This document shows, piece after piece, positions 14,213 to 27,597 of a stretch of 64,000 nucleotides of DNA. A program made the position numbers and the translations under genes. Every line of letters begins with the position of its first letter. Within the stretch, counting starts at the first letter, position 1. The stretch covers positions 18,602,001-18,666,000 of the forward strand of contig NW_024704743.1 in NCBI RefSeq assembly GCF_018977255.1. Reading direction: 5' to 3'. The notes beneath the pieces are model-generated. The model ran no database searches. It was not told the DNA's origin and saw only the letters and a program-made list of their open reading frames with translations. This stretch comes from Callorhinchus milii. Taxonomy: Eukaryota.

Positions 14213-16270
14213 CACCTCCTTGCACCTCTACTCAAACATCATAAGCCTCTCCCTGTCCACTGGTACTGTTCATACCCCACTAAGAACAGCCATTATCACT
14301 CCTATCCTTAAAAAACCTTCCGTGAACCCGTCACTGCTATCAAACTACCACCCCATCTCCAACCTTCCTTTCCTCTCCAAAGTCCTGGAATGAGTTGTTG
14401 CTTCCCAGATTCACTCCTTCCTCTCCTGCCACTCTCTTCATTAACCCCTCGAATCCACCCACAGCACAGAAACAGCCCTGGTCAAAGTGACAAATGACAT
14501 CCTGTTCATCTGGGACCAAGGCTCCCTCTGCCTCCTCGTCCTCCTTGACCTCTCTGCTGCCTTCTCCATGGCCTTCCCAACTCCTCCCTCCACAGGCTGC
14601 AGATAATCCAGAACTCTGCAGCCCGTGTCCTCTCCAACACCAAACTCCATGACTCCATCTCCCCCACTCTCGCCTGACTCCACTGGCTCCCTATCCTTCA
14701 GAGGATCCAGTTCAAGATCCTGGTCCTCACATACAAAGCCCTCCATGGCCTCACCCCAGCCTACCTCTGCGACCTCTGCCGGCTCTGGCCTGCTCCATGT
14801 TCCCCCGACCCACTCGCCCCACCATTGGCGGGAGAGCCTTCAGCCACTCTGCCCCCAAACTCTGGAATTCCATCCCCCAGTCACTCTGCGTCGCCCCTTC
14901 CTTAGCCTCCTTCAAGTCCCACCTCTAGACCCTCCTCTTCGACCATGCCATCGCCCAACCCCCTTCCCCTCCCCTCCCTTCCCCTCCCGACCCCAGCTCG
15001 GGTCTGAAATGCTCGATTCTGTCCAGCGTCTTGGGACGTCCTCCCGACGTGAAAGCCATTATACAAATGTAATCTGGTTGTTGTTGTTGCCTTCGACACC
15101 ACTGACTACTCCATCCTCATCTACCGCCTCTCCTCTCACCTCAACTTTCATGGCTCTGTCCTTCACTGGTTCAGATTGTACCTCTCACACCACCTCCACT
15201 TCATTTCTGCAAACACATTCTCCTCTAGCCCCCACGCCATCTCATGCGGTGTTCCTCAGGCCTCTCTCCTTGGTCCCCTGCTCTTCAATACCTACATGCT
15301 CCCTCTTGGTGACATCATCTGCAGACATAGGGTCAACTTCCACATGTATGCGGATGACACCCAACTCTATCTCTCTGCCTCCAACCTCAACTCCAGGACC
15401 ACTGCTGTCCTGACAGAATGTCTGTCAGACATCAAGTCCTGGATGAGAGCTACTTTCTTCAGTAGAACGTCAACAAGACCGAGGCCCTCCTGATTGGCTC
15501 CTGTCAGCGCCTCCACACCTCAGCGCTGACAGCATCACCATCCATGATTGCACACTCAACCTTGCTAAGCCAGTCCGGAACCTTGGGGTCTTCTTCGACC
15601 CTCAACTATCCTTTCTACCCCACATTCGCACCATGACCCGCTCTGTTTCCCCCCACCTCCGCAACATCGGCTCTGCCATTGTCGCCGAAACCCTCATGCA
15701 CACCTTCATTAGATCAAAGCTCGACGATGAAAACTCACTGCTTGTCGGACTCTCCAACTACTCCCTCCATAGGCTGCAGGTCATCCAGAATTCTGCAGCC
15801 CGTGTCTTCTCCCGCACTTGGCTCCGTGACCCTATCACCCCCATCCTTGCCCAACTCCAAAGGCTTCCCATCACACAGAGGATACAGTTCAAGATCCTGG
15901 TCCTCACCTTCAAAGCTCTCCAGGGCCTTGCTCCCCCCTACCTCTGCAACCTTCTAACCCCCTACCGACTTGCCAGCTCCTTCCGCTCAGCGGGCTTTGG
16001 CCTGCTTTACGTCCCTGCCTCACCCATCCCATCATTGGTAGGCGGGCCTTCTGCCACTCTGCCCCCACCCTCTGGAACTCCACCCTCCCCCTCGCCTCTT
16101 TACTTCCCTTGTTCAAGACCCGTCTCAAGATCCTCCTCTTCGACCGTGCTTTCGGTCACCCTCCATCCTGTCCTGACTCCACCTGGGGTCCAAAGCACTG
16201 ATTGTCCAGTGCCTTGGTACCTCCTCCCGATGTGAAAGGTACTATACAAATGTAATTTTGTTGTTGTTGT
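14213..16270 (+). mobile_element. Decayed L2 LINE with a second 5'-truncated L2 (14565-15087) nested inside it
   Basis: RT motifs (HSTETALVKV, LLDLSAAF|DT, VPQxSx[11 protein letters not shown]), two (GTT)n tails at about 15087 and 16270, TGCCTTC duplicated at 14558-14564 and 15088-15094. Confidence 0.9.
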
Positions 16271-19200
16271 AATACTTCCAGCTTCTACCGCGGACTAACT
16301 GGCTTTCCGCGCATGAATGCAGGAAGCCGTCGTGTTAGCTTACTGCTCTCACAATCATTTCTAGCACAAGAAATACTGAGAGCATGTGCAAGAAGCTTGC
16401 CAGTCCACATAAAAATTTGGGAGTGATGACCACCTGACAACCTGAAAGCGAGATTTCTTTTTCATTCAAAGTCAAATATGTAGTCATCCTTGTACAGTCA
16501 AGCGCAAATTTAATGGTCTCCCCACCCAGATCAATGCCATAGATATTTTACTAATTATGCTCTGCTTGTAATTTGCGTGGGCATTATTCCTCACTTGTCA
16601 ACTTTTGGCTTTGAATAGGATTTCCATGATAAAGCCTGCCAAAGGTCAATACATTATTCAGCAACTGTACAGTAACACTCACCCACCCTTATTATATGTG
16701 ACATGTGTGAGTTGGAAATTCCTGTGTGTGTCATCCAAAGCCAAGTTTCTATCACAAGTGCAGTAAAACTCCACGCCAATGTTTCATCCTAAAAACAACT
16801 TCTTTTCTAATTTTCACATCAGCTTTCCTAAAAATAGTGACTCAACACTCGGTACAGCTTCATAGGGAATTAAAGCTCTCTGCTACCTCCCAAAGTAAAC
16901 TATGTTCACATATGAAGACAGACAGAGAATGTTAGCAGACTATTTATCTCTTGGGAGTCTGCCCTCATTCAGTTCCCTTAAATATGCAGTCTCCAACAGG
17001 GGTCTGCTGAAGTGGGAAATCTAGCTGGATTTTACTGCGATTTGCCAGTTGGGGGTAATGTAACACCCTCACACTGTATGCCTTACTGAGATTAGCAAAT
17101 TAGATTGAGATCAGGGATTGAGCATTGACAAAATGCTTGAGAGTCCAGCACCCTGGGCCATCCTCCCAATGTGAAAGGCGCTATCCAAATGTAGTTTCAA
17201 TTCACTTTACAGTATATTCTGTGAAGCGCTTTGAGACGTCAAGAAGACGTGAAAAAGCGCTATATCAAATGCAAGGATTATTATTATTAGTAGTTTGTTG
17301 TTGTTGTTGTACCTGTGATCTTATGCAGTATATTTATCCATTCAACCATTGGGTGAATCCTGTAGCAGATTTCTTAAATAGGAAGTGCGCAGTTCATCAC
17401 CCAACCACTGATGGGATTGGCAAATGCTTGATTTCCTGTCCTGATTGCCATGATTATAAAAGAATATTTACATCAACAACAATAACTTGCATTTATATAG
17501 CACCCTTCATGCAGAAGACCCGAGCCAGCTGAGCAAAGGCAGCGGGTAGTCGAGTGAGGTGTGAGCAGATCGGAAAAGTAGGGAGGTGCTAAGTAGGCCT
17601 AATGCATTCAAATGTAATTGTCAAGACACATCAAAATATAACATGCTCTGGTAGAATGTCCATGTCAATAGAACATGTTGGTGGACTCGTGTGGAGTATA
17701 AACACTGGCACAGACTATTTGGGCTGAATGTCTTGTTTCCATGTGGTACAATCTAAGTAAATCTATATAAAAATGCATATGGCCTGATGTCAAGATCAGA
17801 TGAGGAGAGGATCAGGCTTGGCAGTGATGTTCGTGGTTGAATTGCTGCCCAACAATCCGTGTTGAGGTTCACACGTGAATAATGGCAATCTCTCCAGTGT
17901 GAAACAATCCCAAATTCCATAGCCTGTCCTCATAACTCTTGTGCTAATTGCAGCTATCAACTTAGCTGCCCATTGCTGTACCTCTCAAGTATCAAGATGT
18001 CCTTGAAATAACAGTGACAAGAACAGTACACAACCCTCGAGGAGACAGTAAACCATTCCAGTATCATGTCCTGCAACCTTAGCTATGAATACCAACACCT
18101 TGTTTGCTTTCCTCACTGCTGATAAACGCCATGGTAATGGTTTCAGCAGCCTGTTCTCCAGTTCCCTGTATCCCCCTCCTGTACTGTACAGGTGGCATAC
18201 TTGTGTAACACATTCAATGTGATAAATATCCTGTCCTATGCTTGTTGCAATACAATTCCTACTTGAAAGGAGTACAAAAATATTATAATACATAAGTACA
18301 ATAATGTTCAATTCCTATCCAAGGTTCTTCTAATAACAGCAAGGAATCTAACTTCCAGATAACAAACAGAATTGGCAGAATGATTCTATTTCTGCATTTA
18401 ACAGTGGTAACAGGGAAATCGATCCATTATCCTACAGCCTGATTTTAAAAATAAAAGAAAGCAAACTTAGTTTTATGTTTTTTGCCCACCCTTCTGTTTA
18501 ATGATTAGTGCATACCTTCTACTATATAACAGAAAAAGCTGTATTCATCAATATAATAGCACGCATTAAGCAAGGCAGCTTTTTTTTTTGCACATTAGAG
18601 CTATTACTTTCAATCCAAACTATTGTGAACTAAATCGATGCAATAACTGGCAAAAAAATTTCACAATTAATATGAATCTCAAATTTGATCGTCTCAAATT
18701 GTTCAACTCAGAAGCTTTAATCCTACCACTGGTCAACACAAATAAAATTCATTTTGATAACTGCAACCACACAAATAAATTGAGAAACCATTTGCATGAT
18801 AAAGAGACCTTAGAGTGTAACACACTATTTCAGTAGTATCCGAAGGGCAGTATAAGATACCTCCAAGACACCTCACACAGTTAAATCTTCATAAAGCAAT
18901 TTTATCCAATGATAGTCTGAGCAAAGTACTGCATAGTAAATTTTCTACACCATAACAAACTATGAAATATAATAATAATAATCCTTGCATTTGGAATAGC
19001 GCTTTATCATGAAGTCAAGACTTCTCAAAGCGCTTTACAGGATATACTGTAAAGTGAATTGCATTGACTGTGTATTTTATATTTAATGCAAAAGCGTTTC
19101 AATTAAAGCGATTTTGTCTGAGACTCATTAGCTTTTCACATAACAACACATCTGCTATTTCCTCTGTTTTCTGCAGCTAGGGCTCCATTTGTTTCTAAGG

Positions 19201-19307
19201 CTCTCGTTAATACCATTAGTAACCATAGCTTTCCAGGTTAGCATGGCATGCAAAAACCTCACCACTCACAGATCATAAAGCAGCTGCACATCACCACATT
19301 CTCCCAC

Positions 19308-19429
19308 CTGGCCCATTTAATGAAGTAAGGCAAATGGTTGAGCAGACTGAATGTGTAAAAGGAATATCGAGTAATCTCTGTCACCGTCCATGCGACCAGG
19401 AAAAGAACGACGCTCTCCTCATTCTGAAT
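19308..19429 (-). CDS. HACD1: HACD1 exon 5, 122 nt ([41 protein letters not shown])
   Basis: Acceptor ctgcag, donor AG|gtggga. Contains the WxxTExxRYxFY family motif. Confidence 0.97.
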
Positions 19430-22018
19430 CTGCAGATGAATTCATGATAAAATGCAAGTTCAGATAGAAATCACGTCAATCTTGATAGCATTAAGGACCA
19501 GATGCAGATTTGCATTTTAATTCCCTTTCCTATTGTACATACTGCAATCACAGAAATGTCAAAATAGAATTTACAGCATAACAAATATTTGGCTATTCCA
19601 CAAAGTATTAAAAGTAAATAAATCTCTCACAATGATATGTCTGGTCTTTCCATGGAAATAATGTGAAGTCAACCAGGATGTAAAGTACTGAATCCTATTT
19701 CAGTGCTGTACATTATGGATAACTTCACAACCATAGTTGCAAATGAAAAGGACAAATTCTGATATATACTAAAGGTTTTCAATTTGTAAAGAATATACAG
19801 AAACAATTAGACAGATAGAAACTGGGGAGTGTGTATTGAAGTAGCTTACTCAAATCACTGCCAGTTTTAGATATTGCAACAGGACATTGATAGTTAGTCC
19901 TGACAGAAGCTATGTCCATCATGCTACATGGATGGGTTCCAGCTATATATAGTTTCCACATTTGTGTCTTTGAATAATAATAATCCTTGCATTTGATATA
20001 GAGCCTTGTCATGTCTTTGACTCACTCAGAGGCGAGTGTTCTGCCACTGAGCCAGGCTAACATAATTGCATATTTGTTTATCTTTTATGCTAAAACCTAT
20101 AGAAACTTCGCTAGGGCCTGGTACACCACTTGCCCAAGACAGCATTAAGGAATATTTTTCCTAGATTTCTTTCAGTGTTGCTCAGCAACTGTTCATTTGG
20201 ACGTATGTGAAAGTTACTGAGGCTGAATCATCCTCCAAATCTTCGGCTGTCAATGCCAGTCTCCAGAGAAGATCCACAACTCACCAAATGATTGGTGCTT
20301 CCAGTCCACAGCAGGCATCCCATCACATTTGCCACTGAATCTCCACATTTATATGTATTGCATTCTAGCAATTGGGGCTAGTCGTAATTTAGTTAATTCC
20401 TTAGGCTCCATTTAGTTGACAGTTTTTCCCAACAAGGACAGTGAAAATGATTAGATAATTCATTTGGATATCAAAAGGAAACAAATCAAATTCTACATAG
20501 CATAGCAACATCTTATTAATAGTAATGAAGATAAAACTAGACTAGTTAAATGGACCAAAGCGTACTTATAAGAGATTTGAGAATAAAGTATGAACCAAAT
20601 CATTTCCTGATTCACTGACAGAATAAATTTCCATTTTAAATTATCTGGTAAACACTCTCGTTTGAGGAGCTTTGACTGCATTGTTCTTTTTTGGTACAAT
20701 GGACAAGATCATCGGACCTGCTTTGTTGCAGTAATATAACAAGATATTTTCGAATAACATAAAACAATCTTTCAGAGATTAGATTTTTTATCATGCAGAA
20801 GGTTATCAGAATATAGAATATTTTGCCACAAGTATCTACTGAGAATTGTAGATTCTGGAAATCGTAAAATCATAGAAATTTACAGCGCAGAAGGAGGCCA
20901 TTTGGCCCATTGAGTCTGCACCAACTCTCAGAGCAAATTTCACTTTCAATCTCACTATCCTGCCCTATTTCCATATCTCTTCAAGCCTCTAATTTTCATA
21001 TACTTACTTGTCTGCTTTCCTCTTGAAATGCACAATGAACTCACCCTCCCCCCTTTTTGGCAGGGCATTCCACATCCCAACAACTCTATGAGTGAAACAA
21101 CAAATCCGTGCACTCACATCCTTCCTCCTGCTCCTCTGTCACTTTCTGCTGTCGTAGGAAAAGATAAACAACAGGAAAGGTCTGTATGGTGATTGGATTC
21201 CTGCTATTTTGATGTGGAATTGCTACCCCAAAATAGGAAACATGGATTTTACATCCGTTTCATCAGAAGTACGTTTGCTGTTGTCTAACAAGAGGACATC
21301 CAGTCAAGTGACTGCTATCATCCTGCTGTAACTTAAAACAATTTTGCATGGAAAGTTTATCACCTCCTGGAATCCAATTAGGCTCAAAATACATATTTTA
21401 GAAAGCTAATATTTTTGGATGAAGCAGTAAAAGTTTAACATGTTGCTGGGACTCAAAGAGGCAAGCACAGGCAGATACAATTGTTTTCAATACGAGAGTA
21501 CAACAACAATTTCATTTATATAGCACTTTTTATGTCAGGAGGATGCTGAAAAGCACTTCATACAGAGGCCTGGAAGCCTGATCTAGGGCAGGGGGAGCTG
21601 AGGAAGGCAATAAGAAACACATTCGGAGCGATAGTCTTTGAGGCAGAAAAGAAGGCAAGGTGCAGGGACTCTGGGAGTTCCAGAGACCAAGGGCAGAATA
21701 GCTGAAGACTCGCCTAACTGATGGTGGGGCAGAGCAGGCAGTGGATGTGAAGCAGGCAGGTGCGCAAAATTACAATATTGTAGTTTTCTTAATATACTTT
21801 TATGTTGTGAGGTCTGCATTTTTGTAATTCTATCTTAAAACAGTTCTCTTCAGAGATTTGCAGGATATGAATTTTAAGTGAAGTTGGCACATAAAAATCT
21901 GTACACATCATAAGACCATGCGTGTACTTTGCATTAACAAAGTCCTTTGTTGAAACGTAATACAGTACAAAGATTTCATTAATATTACTGGAAGAAATAA
22001 AATGGCACTTATACCAAC

Positions 22019-22107
22019 CGGTCTTATACTGTGTATAACGAACCACACCATGAAAATTCTGGACAGGACTTGGACCCCAGTCACGAGCACCGAAGTTCGT
22101 ACTATCC
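22019..22107 (-). CDS. HACD1: HACD1 exon 4, 89 nt ([29 protein letters not shown])
   Basis: Acceptor ttaag, donor CCG|gttggt. Overlaps ORF 21908..22090; contains the HACD-family QVxSR motif. Confidence 0.97.
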
Positions 22108-22188
22108 CTTAAACAACGACAATATCATTAAATTGGTTGAAAAGACATCGTGGAAATTAACAATCTCAGTAACTCAGCAAATACTCAC

Positions 22189-22207
22189 CAATAGCACAGT
22201 GGATAAT
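22189..22207 (-). CDS. HACD1: HACD1 exon 3, 19-nt micro-exon (IIHCAIG)
   Basis: ccacag|ATTATCCACTGTGCTATTG|gtgagt. Needed to keep frame between exons 2 and 4; corresponds to human IVHCLIG. Confidence 0.95.
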
Positions 22208-22329
22208 CTGTGGAGCATTGAAAGAAAACAGAAATCCAGAGATTATTATTGTAACCAGCCTTAACATTTGTACTCTACATTAAGAAACTTACAGCTGTAG
22301 CAACAACAAAAACCAGGCTTTTTTTGTAC

Positions 22330-22447
22330 CTCTAGTAATGCAAACGTCTGGAAAAATTTTAGTGTTTTTTGTATGTTCCTGTACAGTCCCTTGTGTGTTC
22401 CTTTCTGGTAAGAAAATCGGATCATAGCCACAGCCAGCACCAGCCAT
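22330..22447 (-). CDS. HACD1: HACD1 exon 2, 118 nt ([39 protein letters not shown])
   Basis: Acceptor ctag, donor GAG|gtacaa. Phase continues from exon 1 and the peptide is close to mammalian HACD1. Confidence 0.97.
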
Positions 22448-22788
22448 CTAGGGACAGAAAGAAGAGGCCCAGATCATCAGAGTTAAAGGGTCAGAGATTA
22501 AAGCAACAATTTTGAATTCCTGAAACCAATTATTTGTGACCAGTTGATCGAACTCTCGTCTCTGAGACAGAAAGTTTTAGGCCCATGTTGGTTCTTTCAA
22601 CTCACAGTCTAGACTGACAAACCAACACAATGCATGGGGAAGCATTGCATTGTCAGAGGTGCTGCCATTCAGATGAGACGTTAAACCAAGGTCTTGTTTG
22701 CCTGTTCAGGTGGATGTTAAAGATCCCATGACACCACTCGAAAAGCGAAACAAGTATTTACTGGTGTCCTTGTGAACCATCTCCAAAT

Positions 22789-23092
22789 GTGGAGTCCTGT
22801 AGCTCAGTGAGCATTTGCCTCACAAGCGAGAGACTGGGTTCGATTCCCGACAGGGTGAAACCTTGGGCAAGTTTCCTTACTCCACACGCCTGATCATAAT
22901 CCCTCAAGAGAAAAAATAATAATTTGGTCACTCGGTCCACGACTGTTTGTGGGACACTGCTGTGCGCAATTGGCTGCCGCGTTTCGCTCACAAATATACA
23001 GTCAATTCACTTTACAGTCTATTCTGTGAAGCGTTTTGAGACATCTAGAAGACGTGAAAAGCGCTATATCAAATTCAAGGATTATTATTATT
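22789..23092 (+). mobile_element. SINE copy nested in an older Deu-SINE (about 22545-22788 and 23093-23260)
   Basis: GTGGAGTCC head to (ATT)n tail, AAAT on both flanks, host sequence resumes colinearly. Confidence 0.9.
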
Positions 23093-25694
23093 AAATATAA
23101 TTGGTTATTCACTTCATGGCTGTTTGTGGGACATTGTCGTGCACAAATTTGCTGTCGGGTTTGTCGACAAATACACAGTAAGTACACTTCACAAATAAAA
23201 CCTTGTGAAGTATTTCGAAATGTCTGGAAAGTGTGATAACGTGCTACATCTATCCAAATTTAAGGAATATCAAAAAAAACAGGAGCAGTGAAGTGTGAAC
23301 AATGCTGTCTTACATTAAGTGAATTTATATATTTTTGTACGTTCACCAGCTCATCTGTGGTCTCTGCATGTATTTCTGGCCATCCAGCTCCTTATAATAT
23401 TCTCTTATAACAACTGACTGCTTTCATCGAACCTTGCTACCAAAAACAACTTGGCCAATCAACTTTGAATAAGCAAGAAACAGGTAATGACTCAGTACTA
23501 ACAACATTTGATCAGCATATATTCATTTTTCCTCCTGATTTAGAATTAACCAGGAAACACCTGCAATGACTATTTCAGGATCCCCTGGAGTGTACAGTGA
23601 TGTTTAGATTGATACTCTATTATGGAGCAAGGCATTGTGCTTCCGTTTCATAATACAATGCTTCACATCAGATTTTAAAAGTACTTGATGAACATTAAAG
23701 CCTTATATATCCACTTCTGCAATCCTAGTCATACAATCAGAGAAGTTATACCCAGACATATGCTAAAATGTTACACTCAAACAGTAAAGACAGAGGTGAT
23801 TTGTTTAATCGAACCTTTCTGATTTCTGAATGCATGAAGTACAGCAATAATTTTCTGTCATTAAAAATAATACAAATAATAATATAAATTCATGTGTTTC
23901 GCATCTTAAAAAAAGGCAGTTTGGGTTCAAAGTGTCTATATTGGTGTGGTATTGGAGGTTAAAAAGATATTAATAATCCTTGCATTTGATATAATGTTTT
24001 TCACATCTTCTAGACGTTTCAAAATGCTTCACGGAATATACTGTAAACTGAATTGACTGTATATTTATGGGGAAAATAAACAGATGGATATAAACTAAGG
24101 AATACAGGGCTAAAATATGTGGGATTATTAAATGTATACCTCAACTCTTTTATGAATGGGTTTAGGAACACGAGGAATTAAATGATTTTCATTGATCCAT
24201 TCAGAGCCTGAACAATCCCATTGTGTTTTAACCTTGAAATTGTAAATTTTAGACCTAAAATAGAGCTGTATGTTTTTGTCTGCTTAATATTTTTTTAAGA
24301 TTTATTTGCCTAGATAGGATGAAAACCACATTATTCTAGGTCAAAACATTTACTTTTACCAATTGGGAGAGCTAGACCCAAAGCATCTGGACTGTTTGGT
24401 AAAAGTTCATTTATTGGCATGAAAGTGAAAGATTTTCCTTCCTCCTAGGCAGATAAACCAGGGGAAGCTAATATAAAGCCAATAAAGACTACTGTGGGAC
24501 CTAACTCAGTCTCTCTCTCTCTCTCTGTCTCTCTCCCTCTCAGTCTCTCTCAGTGGTCTGTCTGTGGGACACTAGTGTGCACAATTGGCTGCCGCGTTTC
24601 ACCCACAAAACACACGGTCACTACACTTTACAGTATATCCTGTGAAGCACTTTGAGACATCTCGACAACGTGTAAGACGCTATATCAAATGCAAGGATTA
24701 TTAATATTTTATTAACATTTACGAAATAGGATTGCTTGCCTCAGAGTCAAAACAAACATAGTGGCCCTTGGATCCTGATGGAACAACTGTTATTAAATCT
24801 TATTGTAGAGTAAGAGTTAATAACATTCTCATTGAAACCCAGAAAAGTTTCAATGAGACACATTCATTGGCACAAATAGGCAGAAAATTTCTATTTCCAA
24901 AATTATTTCTACAGTACAAATGTGTCAGGCTTAAGCATTCAAAAAAAAAATTTTTTTTAAATAAATTCATGTGTTTCGCATGAAACATGTGATGTCTTAT
25001 GAAATATAACCATGCCATATAGGAACCATAGTTTTTTATTATAATTTATGATCTGTCAGATTATATAATACATGATATACTGAACTGCGGTATATGTCTA
25101 ATTTATAATAAAAAGTATATTTCCAGAAAAATGCATTTCTCAGAATTGGCACAGTGTAGAGGACCACTGTTGTTTTGCCTCAAGGAAGTAGGAATGAGAA
25201 CAATACCAGATTGATGGGGTGAAAATCTCCTCTCATTCTCACTTCCTCCCTTTGCTGGTTGCGGAGGTTGAGCAATTTTAAGTCAGTTGATTACAAAGGA
25301 TGTACAGCACAGAAACAGACTATTCAGCCCAACCAACCTATGCTGGTGTTTATACTCCACACATGTCTTCACCCATTCCTTACACCCTCCCATATTCTTC
25401 TGTCTCCTCTTCCTCATGTGAAGGATAGTGGATGCTAAGACTCTGAGCTCATAAATGCTCACATTTCAGCACAAATTGGCACTAAACATGTAGAAACTTA
25501 AATGATGGCTGGTAAATGCAGTTGAACTTCGCCACAAGAGTGCCCTTCTGAGCTTGGGCTGTAACACATCACTTGGGCAGAGAAGACCAACAATACATTG
25601 AATTAGTCAATGTTATACCTAACCTTTGTAGCTCTCGCTGAAACTGGGAGCTAAGAGTTAAAAAGGGTTCCTTGCTGCAAACTGGCAGACCTGC

Positions 25695-26195
25695 AGGACC
25701 ACTGCTGGCCTGACAGACTGCCTGTCAGACATCAAGTCCTGGATGAGAGCTAACTTTCTCCAGTTGAATGCCAGCAAGATCGAGTTCAAAATCCTCTTCC
25801 TCGCCTTCAAAACTCTCAATGGCCTTGCTCCTTCCTACCTCTGTGACCTGTTAACTCCATAATGACCTGTCTTCTCCCTCCACTCAGCAGGCTCCGGCCT
25901 GCCCCACGTCCCCTGCCCACCCCACCATTAGCAGTCGGGCCTTCAGCCTCTCTGCCCCTACCATCTAGAACTTCATTCCACACTCCCTTCATCTCGCCCC
26001 TCCCTTGCCTCCTTCAAAGCCCGTCTCAAGTCCTTCCTCTTCAACTGCACCTTTGGTCAACCTCCTCGCCTCATCTTCCCTACCTTCCACCCTCCTTGAT
26101 CCCAATGCCCAGCTCAGGTGCAAATCCTTGACTGTCCAGCACCTTAGAACATCCGCCCGATGCGAAAGGCGCTACACAAATGTAATTTGTTGCTC
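25695..26195 (+). mobile_element. L2 3' fragment with internal deletion
   Basis: Similar to 15395-15480 and 15885-16270, with the same tail. Confidence 0.85.
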
Positions 26196-27379
26196 TTGTT
26201 ATACAATCTTGGGAGTCCTGGGAAAGAATGAATTTGAATAAGAGACTGTGATTAGTTTTAATTTCACCACAGTGTGGACGCAGGGAAGAAGAAGTGCATA
26301 GAGGATGATTTTGTTTTGGAAAGACGAGAGAAATGTTCAAAGGACCAAGTATGAATGAAATAGAGAAAGAGAACGTTGTGATGATGAGAGTGTGGAGGCC
26401 AGAGATGAGGGAAGGATCACCTAATCAGATAATAAGTATTTTTTTGTATTCTAGTCCAAGAGTGCAAGAGAAGTGTTAAAGACATATTGGAGCAGCATTT
26501 ACGTCTTTGGTGAACATGTAGAAGGTTTATTGTTGTTGAGGAAAAAATAAATGTTCAGTGGGGAAGGAGTTTGAAACTAAGTTTCTTGAAGACTGCTTTA
26601 TAGAGGAAGTGTGAGAATTCCACTTGAGGTCATTGGACATAACCAAACCCTAAATGTTAATACACAAAGAAGAATTAAGATTGGAACCTACAAAGTGAGA
26701 GGTAGTTCCTGCTGGATTAGACTTAAGAGTGACATGAAGACACTGGGACCTTAAGAAATTGAAAGAAACAAGAATCTTATTGTCCAATGGAAGGTCATAG
26801 AGGGATTGTGGTTTAGTGATTCAGAAGTGAAGCTGTGTTCATGTGATCTGAAGAAAACTGATGAATGTGGAGTGGAATTGTGAGCAAAGGTCTGAATAGA
26901 GCAGATGATGACTGGACGTTACTGATATGGAGAAAGAAACAGTAGTCGAGAGAGCTACTACAACAACCACAACAAATTACATTTGTATAGCAACTTTCAT
27001 GTCGGGAGGACGTCCCAAAGCATTGGATCCAGATCCATGGGTAAGCTTGTCTTTAACTGAAAGAGGGTCAGGGTATGACTGATTAACTACAGCATACATA
27101 GAGTAATTTGAGAAGAAACTGGACACCTCAAGATATTGGTTTGGTGAAAGTACAGTAACTTGTTTACAAGTACACTTTGCTGGACCCATCAACTTCAGCT
27201 TAGTTGAATACTGTGTGACATCTCACCACCAGTATTAAGGCATGCTCAGTGGAGCAAATGTAATAATTTTCGTCTGCTGCACAAAGAGCAAATTTATTTT
27301 AATTGAACCATAGCAGGATGCAATTCGATCAGAAATTACCACCCATCTCTCAAAGGAGAAAGTGGAATAAAACATAGCT

Positions 27380-27597
27380 GGTGACTTGGGTCCCCATCTT
27401 GCAAACTCTCCCAAAGAGCTGTGGATGCTGGATCCATTCACATCTTCAAGACAGAGGTGGCTATTTGTTCGGTCAGGGTATTAAGGGATATGGGGAAAGG
27501 GCAGGTAATTGGACGTGCGATACAGATCAGCTATGATTTTATAGAATGGTGGAACAGGCTCTAGGAGCTGAATGGCCTACTCCTGTTTCTGTTTCTA
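27380..27597 (+). mobile_element. CR1 3' end fragment
   Basis: AAGGGATATGGGGAAAGGGCAGG...GCTGAATGGCCTACTCCTG tail. Related fragments at about 17985-18200(-), 20870-21100(-), 41960-42100, 42380-42620 and 63855-64000(-). Confidence 0.7.
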
